This document shows, piece by piece, positions 23,367-35,250 of a DNA stretch of 64,000 nt. Position 1 is the first letter of the stretch; every line of letters starts with the position of its first letter. Below the pieces are notes generated by a model that ran no database searches, was not told where the DNA came from, and worked only from the letters and a program-made list of their open reading frames with translations. The position numbers and the translations under genes are program-made. The DNA is from Novakomyces olei (Eukaryota): contig JADEYG010000001.1 of the NCBI GenBank assembly GCA_016906335.1, positions 1,364,001 to 1,428,000 on the forward strand. Reading direction: 5' to 3'.

Positions 23367-24022
23367 GTTGCTCAAGCCAAAGCGACGTTTGGCCGATGGG
23401 AAAGAGCTCTATCCTCTTTTCTCTGTGCCGATATTTCTTGTCCGGAAACCTTTTCAATTCGTCAATTGGCAATGCTGTGGCAGCAGTGCCGTACGTTTAC
23501 AAAAGCACGAATAAAAAGCAGTCGCACTCGACTCAAAAACGAGGCTGCTCGTCCGATCAGAGACCGTTGATACTCGCTCGCTATTGTGGGGAGAGCGAGT
23601 CTAAGAAATAAATACTATGACTGCGCTGTAGTACATTTCTTATTCTAATTATCTGCTCATTCCCATATACTTGTATATACTTGAAAATAACCTTTTTCCC
23701 GTATATACTTGGCGCAACCGTTGTATTGCTTTGCTATTGTGTCGTGAAATTTGAGTTTGCGTTTTTATTTGCACAAATACGTACAAAAAGTACGCAGTAT
23801 AGCACAATAAATATCGTATCATCATCCATCACTGACTGATTTCATTGGTTGATTTTCACTATTTATTTACACTAGATGATTTTCGTTGAATTTAATCTGA
23901 TTGAATTTATCACTGATTGACTTTTGATTAATTTTACTATACAACTGCCTTTATCACTGATTGATTTATCACTGATTGAGTTTGATTGATTGTCGTTTTT
24001 TTACTTTTCATTTTTATACACG

Positions 24023-25361
24023 ATGCCAGACAAGGTACCGGCGCCAAAGGACAGTATCGACTGGGCCAATGTTAGCTTTGGTAAGGATTGCCACGACTTG
24101 ATTCGCGTATAAACTAACCGCGACTTGTGCTCAGGTCTGAGCAACACCGATGCTCTGGTTACTTGTTACTTCCGGGACGGTGCATGGGGACCCGTGGAGG
24201 AAAGGGTACGTTTTCACGACAGCCTCGTGCTCCTCCTTTACTAACAATCCACAGGCCGATTTCTCGCTCAGCATTCACGCTTTTGCTACAGGGCTTCACT
24301 ATGGGCAACAGTGCTTTGAAGGCCTCAAGGCTTTCCGGTGCAGAGACGGACATATAAGTATGTGCTTCCCATTGCTATTTAGAACAATCTTAAACTCTTG
24401 GCCTTGGGCACTGTTTGCACTTTATTACCTTCCTTGTTGCCATTGAACAAAAGTTTGGCATTTTTTAGAGACTTGACATTTTTAAAAAGCCTCTAGTTTC
24501 CGCTCTATTACAGCTTTGGTTTCCAGCTAACACCTCTCAGGGGTTTCACGCCCCGAAGATAATTGGGCACGTATGACGCGCTCCGCAGCGGCTATTGATC
24601 TACCTGAAATACCAAAAGAAATCTTTACTAAAGCCATTGACAAGGCAGTCGCTGCCAATGCGGAGTACGTTCCTCCCTATGAAACAGGCGCTTCCCTCTA
24701 CGTCCGTCCCTTTCTGTTGGCTACCGGCCCTTCTCTCGGCCTCGCAACGCCGAACGAAGTCTTGTTTGCCGTTGTGGTTACACCGGTGGGCAATCTGTAC
24801 AAACAAGACGGCCCTAAACCGATTGATGCTTTGATTGTAGATGATTTTGATCGCACTGCTCCTCTTGGTACTGGGGCTTATAAATTGGGAGGCAATTATG
24901 CTCCCGTTTTCCGTCACTCACGTCTGGCAACAGCAAAAGGATTTGGAATCACTCTGCATCTCGATTCCAAGACGCGCTCCTACATTGACGAGTTTTCCAC
25001 GTCCAATTTCTTGGGCATTCATAACGGTAAAGAAGGTGGGCAGCCTACTCTTGTTGTGCCTGATAGCTCTTCAATTCTTGCCTCTGTTACGACAAAGTCC
25101 TTAACGCAACTGGCCAAAGATGCAGGCTGGAGTGTTGAGCGTAGACCAGTTCCCTTGTCCGAGCTTGACTCTTTTGATGAAGTCGCCGCCTGCGGAACTG
25201 CTGTTATTCTGACGCCAATTGGCAGTATCACAAGGGGAGAAAAACGGTGGGAGTTTGGAACTAAACCAGGGCCTTATTTCACATATTTGCGTACAGCCTA
25301 TCGTGCCATCCAGTTTGGAGACGCTCCGGACACACACGGATGGATGCATCTTGTATTGTAA
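24023..25361 (+). CDS. Branched-chain amino acid aminotransferase (PLP class IV)
   Basis: Introns 24081-24134, 24206-24254 and 24358-24540. Motifs LHYGQQCFEGLKAF, LYVRP, catalytic YKLGGNY, EFSTSNF and ACGTAV. Confidence 0.92.
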
Positions 25362-25696
25362 GAAAGGGGGAAAAATACCAGGAGGAAAAAAGAGAGAAAA
25401 CAAAAATCGGGACATTGAAAAGAAGGGGAAACAAAAAAGAAAGGGAGCCGTAGAACGAGAATAAAACAGAATCAATTAAACAAGAATGATCATGCAAGAA
25501 AAGTAAACGCTTCTGTCTATAATTATTTGTAAGCAAATAATGACTTTACGCAAATACTATACTTATCGTCAACTCTATTAAGACAAGCGGAACTGTACTT
25601 TATATTACTTTTGATTGACAGAGGTTCGCACTGTCAAATATATGTTTCGAGTCACTGTCCTCACGGGGCGGCAGTTATCTATAAACTTTTGTCGGC

Positions 25697-27223
25697 TTAT
25701 TCGATGGTCATGTCACCAATGTAGCCATTTGTCCAGTCCTTTTGCGGCACATGAGGCGTATGCAGCCCATACTGAGTGGGCACCCCATTAATGCGGTGAA
25801 CAGCGTTCTTGTTCTTGTGCAAAACAATCTGGTAACAACTGGCGCCTCCCTGGCGGGACACGATTGTGCTCCAGGCCAAGAAAAGCTCCCAAATCCTGTA
25901 CCAACGATCGCCGTACTTGGCCTTGACTTTTTCGCCATTGCCAAGCCAGTTACGGTACCAGCGCCAGATGGTGGCAGAGTAGTGAACGCCGATAGTGTCG
26001 ATGCCCTTGATCTCGAATCCAGCGCCCTCCAATTTGTCAACAAACCAGCCAAGCGGAGTTGAAGCATCGGCACCAGGGAAAATGTACTTGTTCATGAAGA
26101 GACCCCAGACAAGATCCTCAAATTGCCACGGCTTACGTAGCCCGGCAATTTGCAGGAAAAAAACGCCATCGTCATCCAGCATGTTATAAACTTGGCGAAG
26201 GAACCCGTGAAAGTGCCGAACACCCACGTGCTCAGCCATTTCCAAGCAAGTAATCTTGTTGAAGCCCTTGGTAGGCACAGGAATATCTCGGTAATCCATA
26301 CACAATACTTTGGAGCCTGTATTAGGCCCCGCGATATGGGTAATCGCATCGTTCCCCCACTTTGTCTGGTTACGGCCCAGGGTCACAGCAGTCACTTTGG
26401 CCTTGTATTGAGAAGTGGCAAAGGCAGCCAATGTCCCCCAGCCACATCCAATATCGAGCACAGTATCATCCTCCTGCAATCCAATTTTCTCGCAAACGAT
26501 ACGCAGCTTATTGTCCTGCAATTCTTCCAGAGTCTCCTCGCGCGTAGGATCGCTAATAATACCGCCAGTATAAATCATTCTGGGCCCCAAGAACCAGGCG
26601 TAAAAGTCGTCTCCACGGTCATAATGATCGCGTACCTGCTCCTCATCCTGGCTGCGAGAGTGTACAATGACCTCGGGCATCATTCCAAAGAGAAAAAACT
26701 TGAAAAGACCCCACGTGAAACGGAAGGAGGCCCATTCGTGTCGGTGCTCAAGGACATCCAGCAAATCACGGTCGCCAATGGCTTTGACTTTGCCATCGAT
26801 AAAGAGCTCCTGAAACGCGTGCAGTGGGATCTTGCTGCCGGCACCAGCGTACCGCTTAGCGTCCACCGGATCCGTAAACACGAAATAGTTCTCGGGTCCC
26901 TTGTCTTCGGGCACGTGTACACGCGTGTCCAGACGCGGACCCAGCGTGGAATTGACGAGCCAAATGGCCATCAAAAGCGGGAGAACAGAGACAAGGAAGA
27001 AAAAGACAAAAGTACGGAACCCTCCGCCGAGTCTGCGGGTAATGAGGTAGGGTACACCCAGCAGAATGGCAATCATGATTTTGTTGCTCCATGAATGTGA
27101 TCCCGGTCCCTCTGCCGGCAATGGCGCATTCTTGATCGTTGGAGAGTTCGTTGTACGCACACCGCAAGCGTCCGAGGCAGGTGGCTGCGGCAGTGCTGCC
27201 GGCGTCGCGTTCACCTCGATCAT
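25697..27223 (-). CDS. Sphingolipid C9-methyltransferase (CMAS/CFA-synthase family)
   Basis: First ATG 27223. Two N-terminal TM helices, then DHYDRGDDFYAWFLGPRMIYT, the SAM motif LDIGCGWG, LEMAEHVG and YIFPG. Confidence 0.92.
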   Translation of the reverse strand: MIEVNATPAALPQPPASDACGVRTTNSPTIKNAPLPAEGPGSHSWSNKIMIAILLGVPYLITRRLGGGFRTFVFFFLVSVLPLLMAIWLVNSTLGPRLDTRVHVPEDKGPENYFVFTDPVDAKRYAGAGSKIPLHAFQELFIDGKVKAIGDRDLLDVLEHRHEWASFRFTWGLFKFFLFGMMPEVIVHSRSQDEEQVRDHYDRGDDFYAWFLGPRMIYTGGIISDPTREETLEELQDNKLRIVCEKIGLQEDDTVLDIGCGWGTLAAFATSQYKAKVTAVTLGRNQTKWGNDAITHIAGPNTGSKVLCMDYRDIPVPTKGFNKITCLEMAEHVGVRHFHGFLRQVYNMLDDDGVFFLQIAGLRKPWQFEDLVWGLFMNKYIFPGADASTPLGWFVDKLEGAGFEIKGIDTIGVHYSATIWRWYRNWLGNGEKVKAKYGDRWYRIWELFLAWSTIVSRQGGASCYQIVLHKNKNAVHRINGVPTQYGLHTPHVPQKDWTNGYIGDMTIE

Positions 27224-27350
27224 TGCTTCCTTGCCGCTACGCGTACCCACTACTGGCAGACAAGAGGTAAGTTTGCGGTTATAAACGAATTTTAGAAAAT
27301 ATTTCTTTAAACATGTCTAGTATGTGTATACTGTGGGACTAGCTTCCATC

Positions 27351-27449
27351 TATTATTATTATTATTAATTATTATTATTATTATTATTATTATTCTTTTT
27401 TTTCTTTTTTTCTTTTTTTCTTTTTTTCTTTTTTTCTTTTTCCTTTTTT
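27351..27449. repeat. (TTA)n followed by (TTTTTTC)n microsatellite
   Basis: Visible directly, upstream of the C9-methyltransferase. Confidence 0.85.
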
Positions 27450-28169
27450 AGTTTGCAGTATGTCAGGGTTATTACGAGCAGAAAGGATGGAGCGCAAAGC
27501 ATAACTTTGTCGCGACGCCAAGTATTTCGCGACGCCAAGTATTCACAAAGTCACGCTACCGTCGATATGTAACGCCAAAATGAATACTTTGTAATCTCAA
27601 GGAATGATCAAGCTGACAAGCAATCTTGGCAAGTATGAGCTGCCAAGTCATTTATCTGCCAGCAAAAATTCTCCCACTGTTTCAGGCATATGAAAAGTGT
27701 GGTATCCATAGTATTCGTCCAAAGTGGTCGTTATCCGACCATTTTCATGGCGAGCCACATGAAGGAGAATGGGATGGGTGTGGCAATAGGGTCACTTAAG
27801 CGACGCCGATGCTTTTGCAAGGCTGTGTATAGATACACAAAATTCTATTCTCAATTCCATCTTTTTCAATGCCAATATCTCACGTGCACCAATCAGCATT
27901 GGGCCTTTAGCTCATTCTCGTCATCGCTGGAAAATCTGCAGAAAATTAGAAAAATTTTAGTGTCACCATAAATCAGGGGCCCCCTACAACAGAAGAGTAA
28001 ATATTTCCGACCAATATAAATGCCCATAACGTCACATATGCACCATACATAATCATATATTATCCTATACGTGGGGTGGATAAAGCCGTAAAATAATTGT
28101 CGCCCACCGGCAGACGAACAGATCTCTATCGGATATCCGGGGACAAGATACCAAGAGCAAGATCCGTGT

Positions 28170-30138
28170 ATGAAGATTCCTCAGGGTATTCCGGTGCGGC
28201 AGCTGGCCATTCTGGCCCTATGCCGCTTAGCTGAGCCGATTGGTAATTTGGGAACTGAATGTGATTAATTGAGCATTGTGCTAATCAGGATAGCGTTTAC
28301 GTCTGTTTTCCCCTACCTCTTTTTCATGGTCAAAAGTAAGGCACATGTGCTAATATTATGGTCGCTTATAAAGCAGGTTTTAATGTAGTGGACTCGGACG
28401 AAGAAATCGGAAAGTACGCTGGTCTTTGCGCCTCGGCGTTTGCGCTATGCCAGTTTTTCACTGGCGTTTTTTGGGGTCATTTGGCGGATCGTATTGGCCG
28501 GAAGCCGTGCATTCTCCTCGGTCTGCTTGGAACTCTGCTCTCAAGTTTGGCTTTTGGATTTAGCTACAATTTCCCAATGGCCGTTTTGGCAAGAGCCTGT
28601 GGTGGACTTCTCAATGGGAACGTTGGTGTGATTCGTACCGTAATATCCGAGCTCACTGCGGACCCCCGTCACGAAGGAATCACTTATTCCGTCATGCCAG
28701 TTGTCTGGAGTATCGGGTCTATCGTGGGGCCCCTAATCGGTGGCTGCCTTGCTGATCCTGCGAATGCCTATCCAAACTCGCTGTTTGCCAAATCAGCTTT
28801 CTTTCAAAAGTGGAGATTTGCTCTGCCGGGAATTGTTATATCCGTTCTGCTCGGTATCTCCGTGATCACGGGGTTTTTATTTATTCATGAGGTACTATTT
28901 CGTTGTTTTGCATTTTGAATATGTTTTCCTGTTTTCTTTTTCCTTTTGTTGAACTGCTTTCTTTTAAAAGTGGAGTATGATTGAATTTTGTCAATAGCGA
29001 TAACTGATTTTTCTTATATCACTGCAAGATTAGTAATTGACCTAATGTACTAACATACATCAGACCCATCCTCGGCATAAAAAGAGACGGGATATCGGCT
29101 TGGAATTGGGCGATGTTCTTCTACATCTCCCAAGTCACTTGTCCGGGGCTCGATCACTATCACGACGACAATCACGATTTTTACACAGTCCCAATGATGT
29201 CCGGTTGGAATCAAGGGCTTCTTCTTCAACTCTTTCACAGCATCTTTTGGAGACTGACAAAAATGCTTCTGAGCAACCGCAAAGCCAACCTGTTTCTTGG
29301 CGTCAAGTGCTAAATAAAGATGTTGTACTCAATATTGCTTGCTATATGGCTCTCGGATTGCATCAAGTTAGCTTTGATGAGTCCTTTCCAGTCTTTGCAT
29401 CTACGCCAAAATTGAAAGGCGGGTTGGGCATGACTTCGAGCGCGATCGGTGGGTTCCTAGGATTGTTTGCTATAGTGGGAATGGTCTTGCAAGTTTCTGT
29501 GTATTTAAGGCTGCAAAGAAGACTGGGAAACCTGTTGTGCTTACAGATATTCCTTGTTTCATATATAATTGCTTATTTGATCACACCACAGCTTACAAGG
29601 CTACAGGACCTGACCAGAAAATCAGTTGCTCCTGCCGTAGACCTCGGAGTGTCGTTTGTCTATTTTTTCAAATGTTTGGGAGGAGTTTTCTGCTTTCCAA
29701 CACTTGCGATTTTGCTGACACATGCTTGCCCTTCTCATGAGCATTTAGGTCTGATTAACGGCATTAATCAGGTAAGATTGATTGGCCTCGATTCTAAAAA
29801 CCGGCATTGGTTTCATCTTTTTTTATTTTTTATTTTTGAAATAAAAACATCTTTTTTTTGATTGGCATCTCACCCTTGTCTAGACTATGGTCAGCCTGGC
29901 CAGGGCGGTTGGACCCACGGTGTTTGGATTTGTGTTGTCACGGAGCTTAGAGACGCATCGGCCTATTATTTGGATTTCTCTAGCGGCTGTTGCTTTTGTT
30001 GCATTTATATTATCTTTGTTGATGCAAGATAAAATATATCAAACATCCACTTCATTACCTACGACAAGATCTCAACTGAAAGAAGAAGCTCAGTTTCGCA
30101 TTGACGATGAGGAGGAAGAATACTTGCCAAACGATTAA
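28170..30138 (+). CDS. MFS transporter (ZIFL/YCR023C-like), copy 1
   Basis: Introns 28243-28293, 28336-28376, 28892-29063 and 29772-29883 keep frame. Motif A WGHLADRIGRKP, plus GLLNGNVGVIRT and SLARAVGP. Confidence 0.88.
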
Positions 30139-31110
30139 TGAGAGCTTCTTCACGAATCTTTTGTTTGAACATTTGTATTTATATCATGCAGGTTTATCAT
30201 TGAGAAAAATTGGGCAGTGTGTATGAAATCGTACTATGTGCATACATCTGGCTCTAGACGTATTTGGGTTAGAATTGATGAACGGTTACGGTTGTTTTTT
30301 TTTTCTTTTTTTTTCGTTTTAAATGGCAGGTTCGAAGGAGGCAGATATTGTAAAGATTGCCGTTATAATGTAGTCTGGTTTCTAAATTGCCTAATTTTAT
30401 TTTAAAAGATCAATGAGCGGTAAATTCATACGGGACATCGCTTAATTATCGCCGGCTGATTGATTGTGAATTAATTATTTAGTGACTATATATTCACTAC
30501 TGACTGATTGTATTCAAGTTGTGTGTAGGCTGATGTACTACTGGGTTATTTCCGCCCTTCATATGTTTGAATAAAAACACAAAGTCAGCAGAGCCCACTG
30601 AATTTGAATTGCAAAAAAGCGAAGAAAAAGGCAACTGGCAAACAAGTCTTTATTAATTTCGGCAGAACAGCCGTTCTTTACCAAAAGAAAATATCGCATT
30701 TTAAATTATTTATGTACACCAGAATGATGCGCACTAAAACATTTGATAATTATCGTATTCCACACTTTGAGGTACTGCAGTATACATGGAGAGACAGCAG
30801 TGCACAAGTAATGCAATACACAAGGTTGTATTAGCCGAAATGACGTCTATAGTATCTTTGTGTATAAAACGTTCAAATGATAAAGATCGCAGATACATCT
30901 TGCATGGGATGTTGCCTAAAACAGAAAGCGAATTCCGATAACGCTCAGTTTCCAAAGCCGTCAAAACCGAAGGGCAAACTAATTGGAGTCATCTGAAAGA
31001 AAAATCAAAGAAAATAGAGTAGAAAAAAAAAAAATTAATATAATAAATAATATAATAATGGAAAACAATAATTATAATTAAGCCTAGGGCGCTTGCACCG
31101 CGAGTCCGGC

Positions 31111-33020
31111 ATGGATCGTACCCACGAGTCTAAGGACGATGTCGGGTTCCCCAAGCTGCAGTTTGCTCTACTCGCACTATGCCGCATACCCGATCCCATC
31201 ATGATGTCCTCTGTTTTCCCCTATATATACTTTATGATAAAAGGTATGTACCATGATCCCTCATGCATTCGTGTCCATGATCGACTCCAGCTAACAAATT
31301 GCAAATGCAGACTTTAATGTAGCCGAAAACGATGCTCAGATTGGCAAGTATGCGGGTATAATTACCTCCGCATATTCACTTTGTCAGTTTCTCACAATGG
31401 TCCGATGGGGTACGCTATCGGACCGGTACGGGCGCAAACCCATAATAATTATCGGACTGGCTAGCACCTTTGTATCGGCAATCGCTTTCGGTCTGAGTAA
31501 AAACTTGGTTTTTGCCGTTATTTCCCGCTGCTTTTCCGGCGCTCTCAATGGGAATGCCGGAGTAATACGTACAATGGTCCCGGAACTGATTACGCACCCA
31601 CGGTACGAGGCAACTGCTTACATTATTATTCCCGTTGTATGGGGGACGGGCCTTACATTAGGACCCTTACTGGGAGGTATACTCTCCGACCCGGCTGGAC
31701 AATACCCAAATTCTGCTTTTGCAAAGTCAAAGTTTTTTATAAATTACAAATATGCTTTGCCCAATCTCTTTATTGCCGGCCTTGTCGTCGTATCTATGGT
31801 CACTGGATTTTTATTTCTAGAGGAAACTCATCCCCTCTTTTGCAAGCGTCGCGACACCGGTATCGAACTGGGGAAAAAGCTGACAGGGTTTTTTTCCACA
31901 CAAAGATACACTGGTCATTCGTCCGCAGACGGGACAAGAGATAGCCATGATGGGGACGAAGAAAGCCGTGATCCTCTCCTACAATCTACTCCTGACGCTT
32001 CTGCGCTGCCCAAACCAAGCTGGAGCGGAATTGCTACGCGTGATATCGTTCTCAGTATCTTGTGCTATATGTTGCTCGGATTTCATGAGGTCGGTTTCGA
32101 TGAGGTCTTCCCTCTGTTTGCCTCAACGCCAAAGGACCAGGGCGGTTTGGGGATGCAGTCCCATACTACTGGTACCTATTTGGGTATATTTGGGATTTCG
32201 ACAACAGTGCTGCAGCTCATCGTCTTCCCCATTTTGCAACCACGATTAGGTACACTTTGGTGCCTGAGGATATCGCTCGCCATGTTTGCGGCGGCCTACT
32301 TGGTAAGGGATTTTGTTCAATGTCTAGCTCTCTATTCTTGCCACTACTTTGTTGGTTTCTATTTAATTTACAAACATGCATGGGCTTTGTCTTTGCCTTG
32401 TTTCGTGGATTAGGTCAATTAGACCATAAGATTGTTTATTTATTTTTTGTTTATTTGTTTTGTTTTTGATTATCTTTACCAGGATCTAATTCTAGATTAT
32501 GCCAATTATCCCAAATTTCCAAAACTTTGAGAGCCCAGCAATTGCCCCTAAAGTGACGGCCTTATTACTTGCCAGCTTTTTCATTCGAGCGTTTGCGAGC
32601 ATTTTTGCTTTTCCTGCAATGGCCATTATAATTACTCACGCGATACCCAGCGATATATACATGGCTCTTGTAAATACGTTGAGTCAGGCCATGATTCATC
32701 TCTCACGTGCAGTTGCGCCTATTATATGCGGTCTCGTGTTTTCACTGGGTCTGCATATCCACAAGCCAGTGATATGGTGGGTATTTGCAGCAATTTCCGT
32801 TGCTTCCTCAATCATATCAATGTTCGTGCAAGACGAAGGCATAAAAGACGAGAAATTGGAACCCGACCAGCGAGAGGCAGATCAATATGAACTTGAAGAG
32901 GAGACAAAATTCCCAACTAGAAGAGCCGCAGAAGAGTCCTCAGCTCGATCAATGCATAGCAGAGATAAAGCATTATTCGATGATGAGGACAAAGAGTGGA
33001 TTCCACTAGGGACCTCATGA
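31111..33020 (+). CDS. MFS transporter (ZIFL/YCR023C-like), copy 2, tandem paralog
   Basis: Introns 31244-31310 and 32303-32495. WGTLSDRYGRKP and GALNGNAGVIRT; collinear with copy 1. Confidence 0.88.
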
Positions 33021-33038
33021 ACTAAATAGAACATTTAC

Positions 33039-34134
33039 TCATCTCAAGGGCAATAGTTGGACATTTGAGCATGGCTGTCGGCATAAAGGGCATTCTGGCT
33101 TAGATCGGCACCATTCATCGATACAGTACCAGCAAAAAATATGTCCACACAGAGATGCAGTGGGCTGTCTGATGGAGCCAAGACACAGAGTGCAGGTTCT
33201 TGATTCTCCGCTTTGAATAAACGCCAGCTTTGATGGATCGGAGAGATTAATGGCCACTTCATCACTCTGACGCAAATACTGCTGCTGTAATTCTGGTTCA
33301 TTATTTCCTTTATCACTGCTCCTGACAAACCGCAAAGCGAATTGAATGCCAAGCTGCAGCATCAGAAGGCCACCGAGAATTTCGTAGCCTTTTCGCTGCT
33401 GCGATGCCCGATGTGTGTATACGTACCGGATACCGAATAGCCTTTTTACAATATCATGATACGCACCGGTAAAATAAAATATTGCCAAGTGAAGTGTTGT
33501 GAGTGCTGAAAAGTTTATAGATTTTATCTTGTATTTTTCCAATAATTGATTTGCCAAAGGTTTCGTCCGTGCAAAGGGTACGAAAATACAAAGTAAAAGT
33601 GCAGCACGTTGCTTTCAATGTCAGTACCGCAATAATATTCAATATAGACAAATAATATTAATAATAAAAAGGACAAAAGTGAATAAAAATCTGAATAATT
33701 AAATTAAATAAATAAATAAAAAACAGAAGATAAACAGAAAATAAATTTGACTTTGCCCAGTCAAAGGACATACTATTCTTGAAATTGGCTGTCTTGAGCG
33801 CGCCCGGACCGGTAAAGTGTCCGTGTACTCTTCTCCGAGTGAACGATAAGTGAATAACGTAGTCAGACTCGCGTATAATAAATCCGATACTAAGACAAGA
33901 ACTCCGTCTGCAGTAAAGTGATGCAAAGTTTGTGCGCTAACAAGCCCACGAAGTGCATTTACCAACGACTCCTTTACCAACTGCCGATAGGCCAGGTCTT
34001 TTTGGTTTGTTCTCACTTTAAATTAGATCCACTTTTCAGCTCTTTACCTTACCGATATCTTGTTGGGATGCAAAGGGAAAAACGTTGGCAGCCGTTGTAT
34101 CGCCCGCGGAAGAGCCGTTCTCTGACAATACCAT
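33039..34134 (-). CDS. PEX10: Peroxin 10, RING E3 ligase
   Basis: Introns 34016-34052 and 33612-33773. Motifs FPFASQQDIVRTNQKD, RSLGEEY, HLAIFYFTGAY and GYEILG, with a C3HC4 RING (CTLC...CGHIFCWYC...CPLCR). Confidence 0.93.
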
Positions 34135-34405
34135 AATAAGGTGGAGACGACTCTGTTGGGATCGACTGCATTTAATATGGTAATATTATTAATATTAATT
34201 ATAATTAGATAAATTCTTATAAAGTTATGCATGTCATAGTGTAGCCCAAACTTATATTAGGCTTAGGGTTTACCAGGATTTGCTAGGGTTAGTTTGGTAA
34301 ACCTGGATGAATTACCCCCATATATATAGCCTACCTAAATATAGATAGATGGATTATGATAAATAATATTAATAAATATAATGCACTTTATTCTCAAAAT
34401 CATAA

Positions 34406-34756
34406 ATGTCCTTTGGGCGACGTAAGAGCACTTTCATTATGACCGATCGCTTACATTTGGACAGCGCCACAAGCGACTTCAGGCACACCACTGCCGCCGC
34501 AAAAAGGCTCTTTCCCGTTGGACCATTATGGTAAATATTCAATTATACATTTAAAATTATTAGAATAAACCTAATTGTAGCCGAGTGCAAGTCGGTGATG
34601 ACAGAGTACCTTACGTGTTTGCGTCAGCACAAAGGCCGTGAAACAGATTGCCGTGATTTGGCCAAAAAATACATGCAGTGCCGGATGGATCGGGATCTTT
34701 TTGAACGCGAGGATTGGCAAATGCTTGGCTTTCAGGATTCAAAAAAGCCAGATTGA
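34406..34756 (+). CDS. COX19: Twin CX9C cytochrome c oxidase assembly factor Cox19 (absent from the ORF track)
   Basis: Exons 34406-34421, 34465-34530 and 34581-34756 give MSFGRPP...[26 protein letters not shown]...CRDLAKKYMQCRMDRDL...LGF. Confidence 0.93.
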
Positions 34757-35250
34757 TACCACTCGAGGCAAAAGTGTTTTAATTCTTCGTTTAGAAGCAG
34801 GCTTATAATACTTTTTTGCTTTATTTTTCTCCTCATTTACACAAAAAAGGCTGGCGTGATTTTGGCAAGATTTTTACATAAGCAAGAATCATATTTCACA
34901 ACGCCTGTCTTATTTAAAGCGTGAGCAGAACGTGCTTTGCTTTTGGAATCGAAAAGGGTCGAAATTACAAAACGTAATAAAAATCGATAGCATATGTTTC
35001 CAATTTCTGCCAGAGACTAGAAAGAAAAAATTTTGTTGGGCCTAAAGATCTAAGCGTCAATAATGGCTTTAATTCTGCCTGACATATACTTTTACATAGC
35101 CTATTCTCATCTAAACGTCCTTTAACTGTTTAAATTTTATTTGTATTTTTTCCTTCTTATTTTTCACTAATCAATCTGTTGATGATCGAATAATTATGGT
35201 AAATACAATATCCGTTAAAAATACACAGGCGTGGCCACTCATTGATGCCA

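Noticed and set aside
26150..27094. 314-aa antisense ORF, and similar ORFs opposite SEN1, SNU114 and PAN1
   Set aside because: Shadows of real genes with no recognisable motifs.
29064..29110. Apparent frameshift in MFS copy 1
   Set aside because: After splicing it reads THPRHKKRRDIGLELG in frame, matching the paralog.
21350..33020. Biosynthetic gene cluster (aminotransferase, methyltransferase, transporters)
   Set aside because: No backbone enzyme or pathway regulator; each gene has an ordinary primary role.
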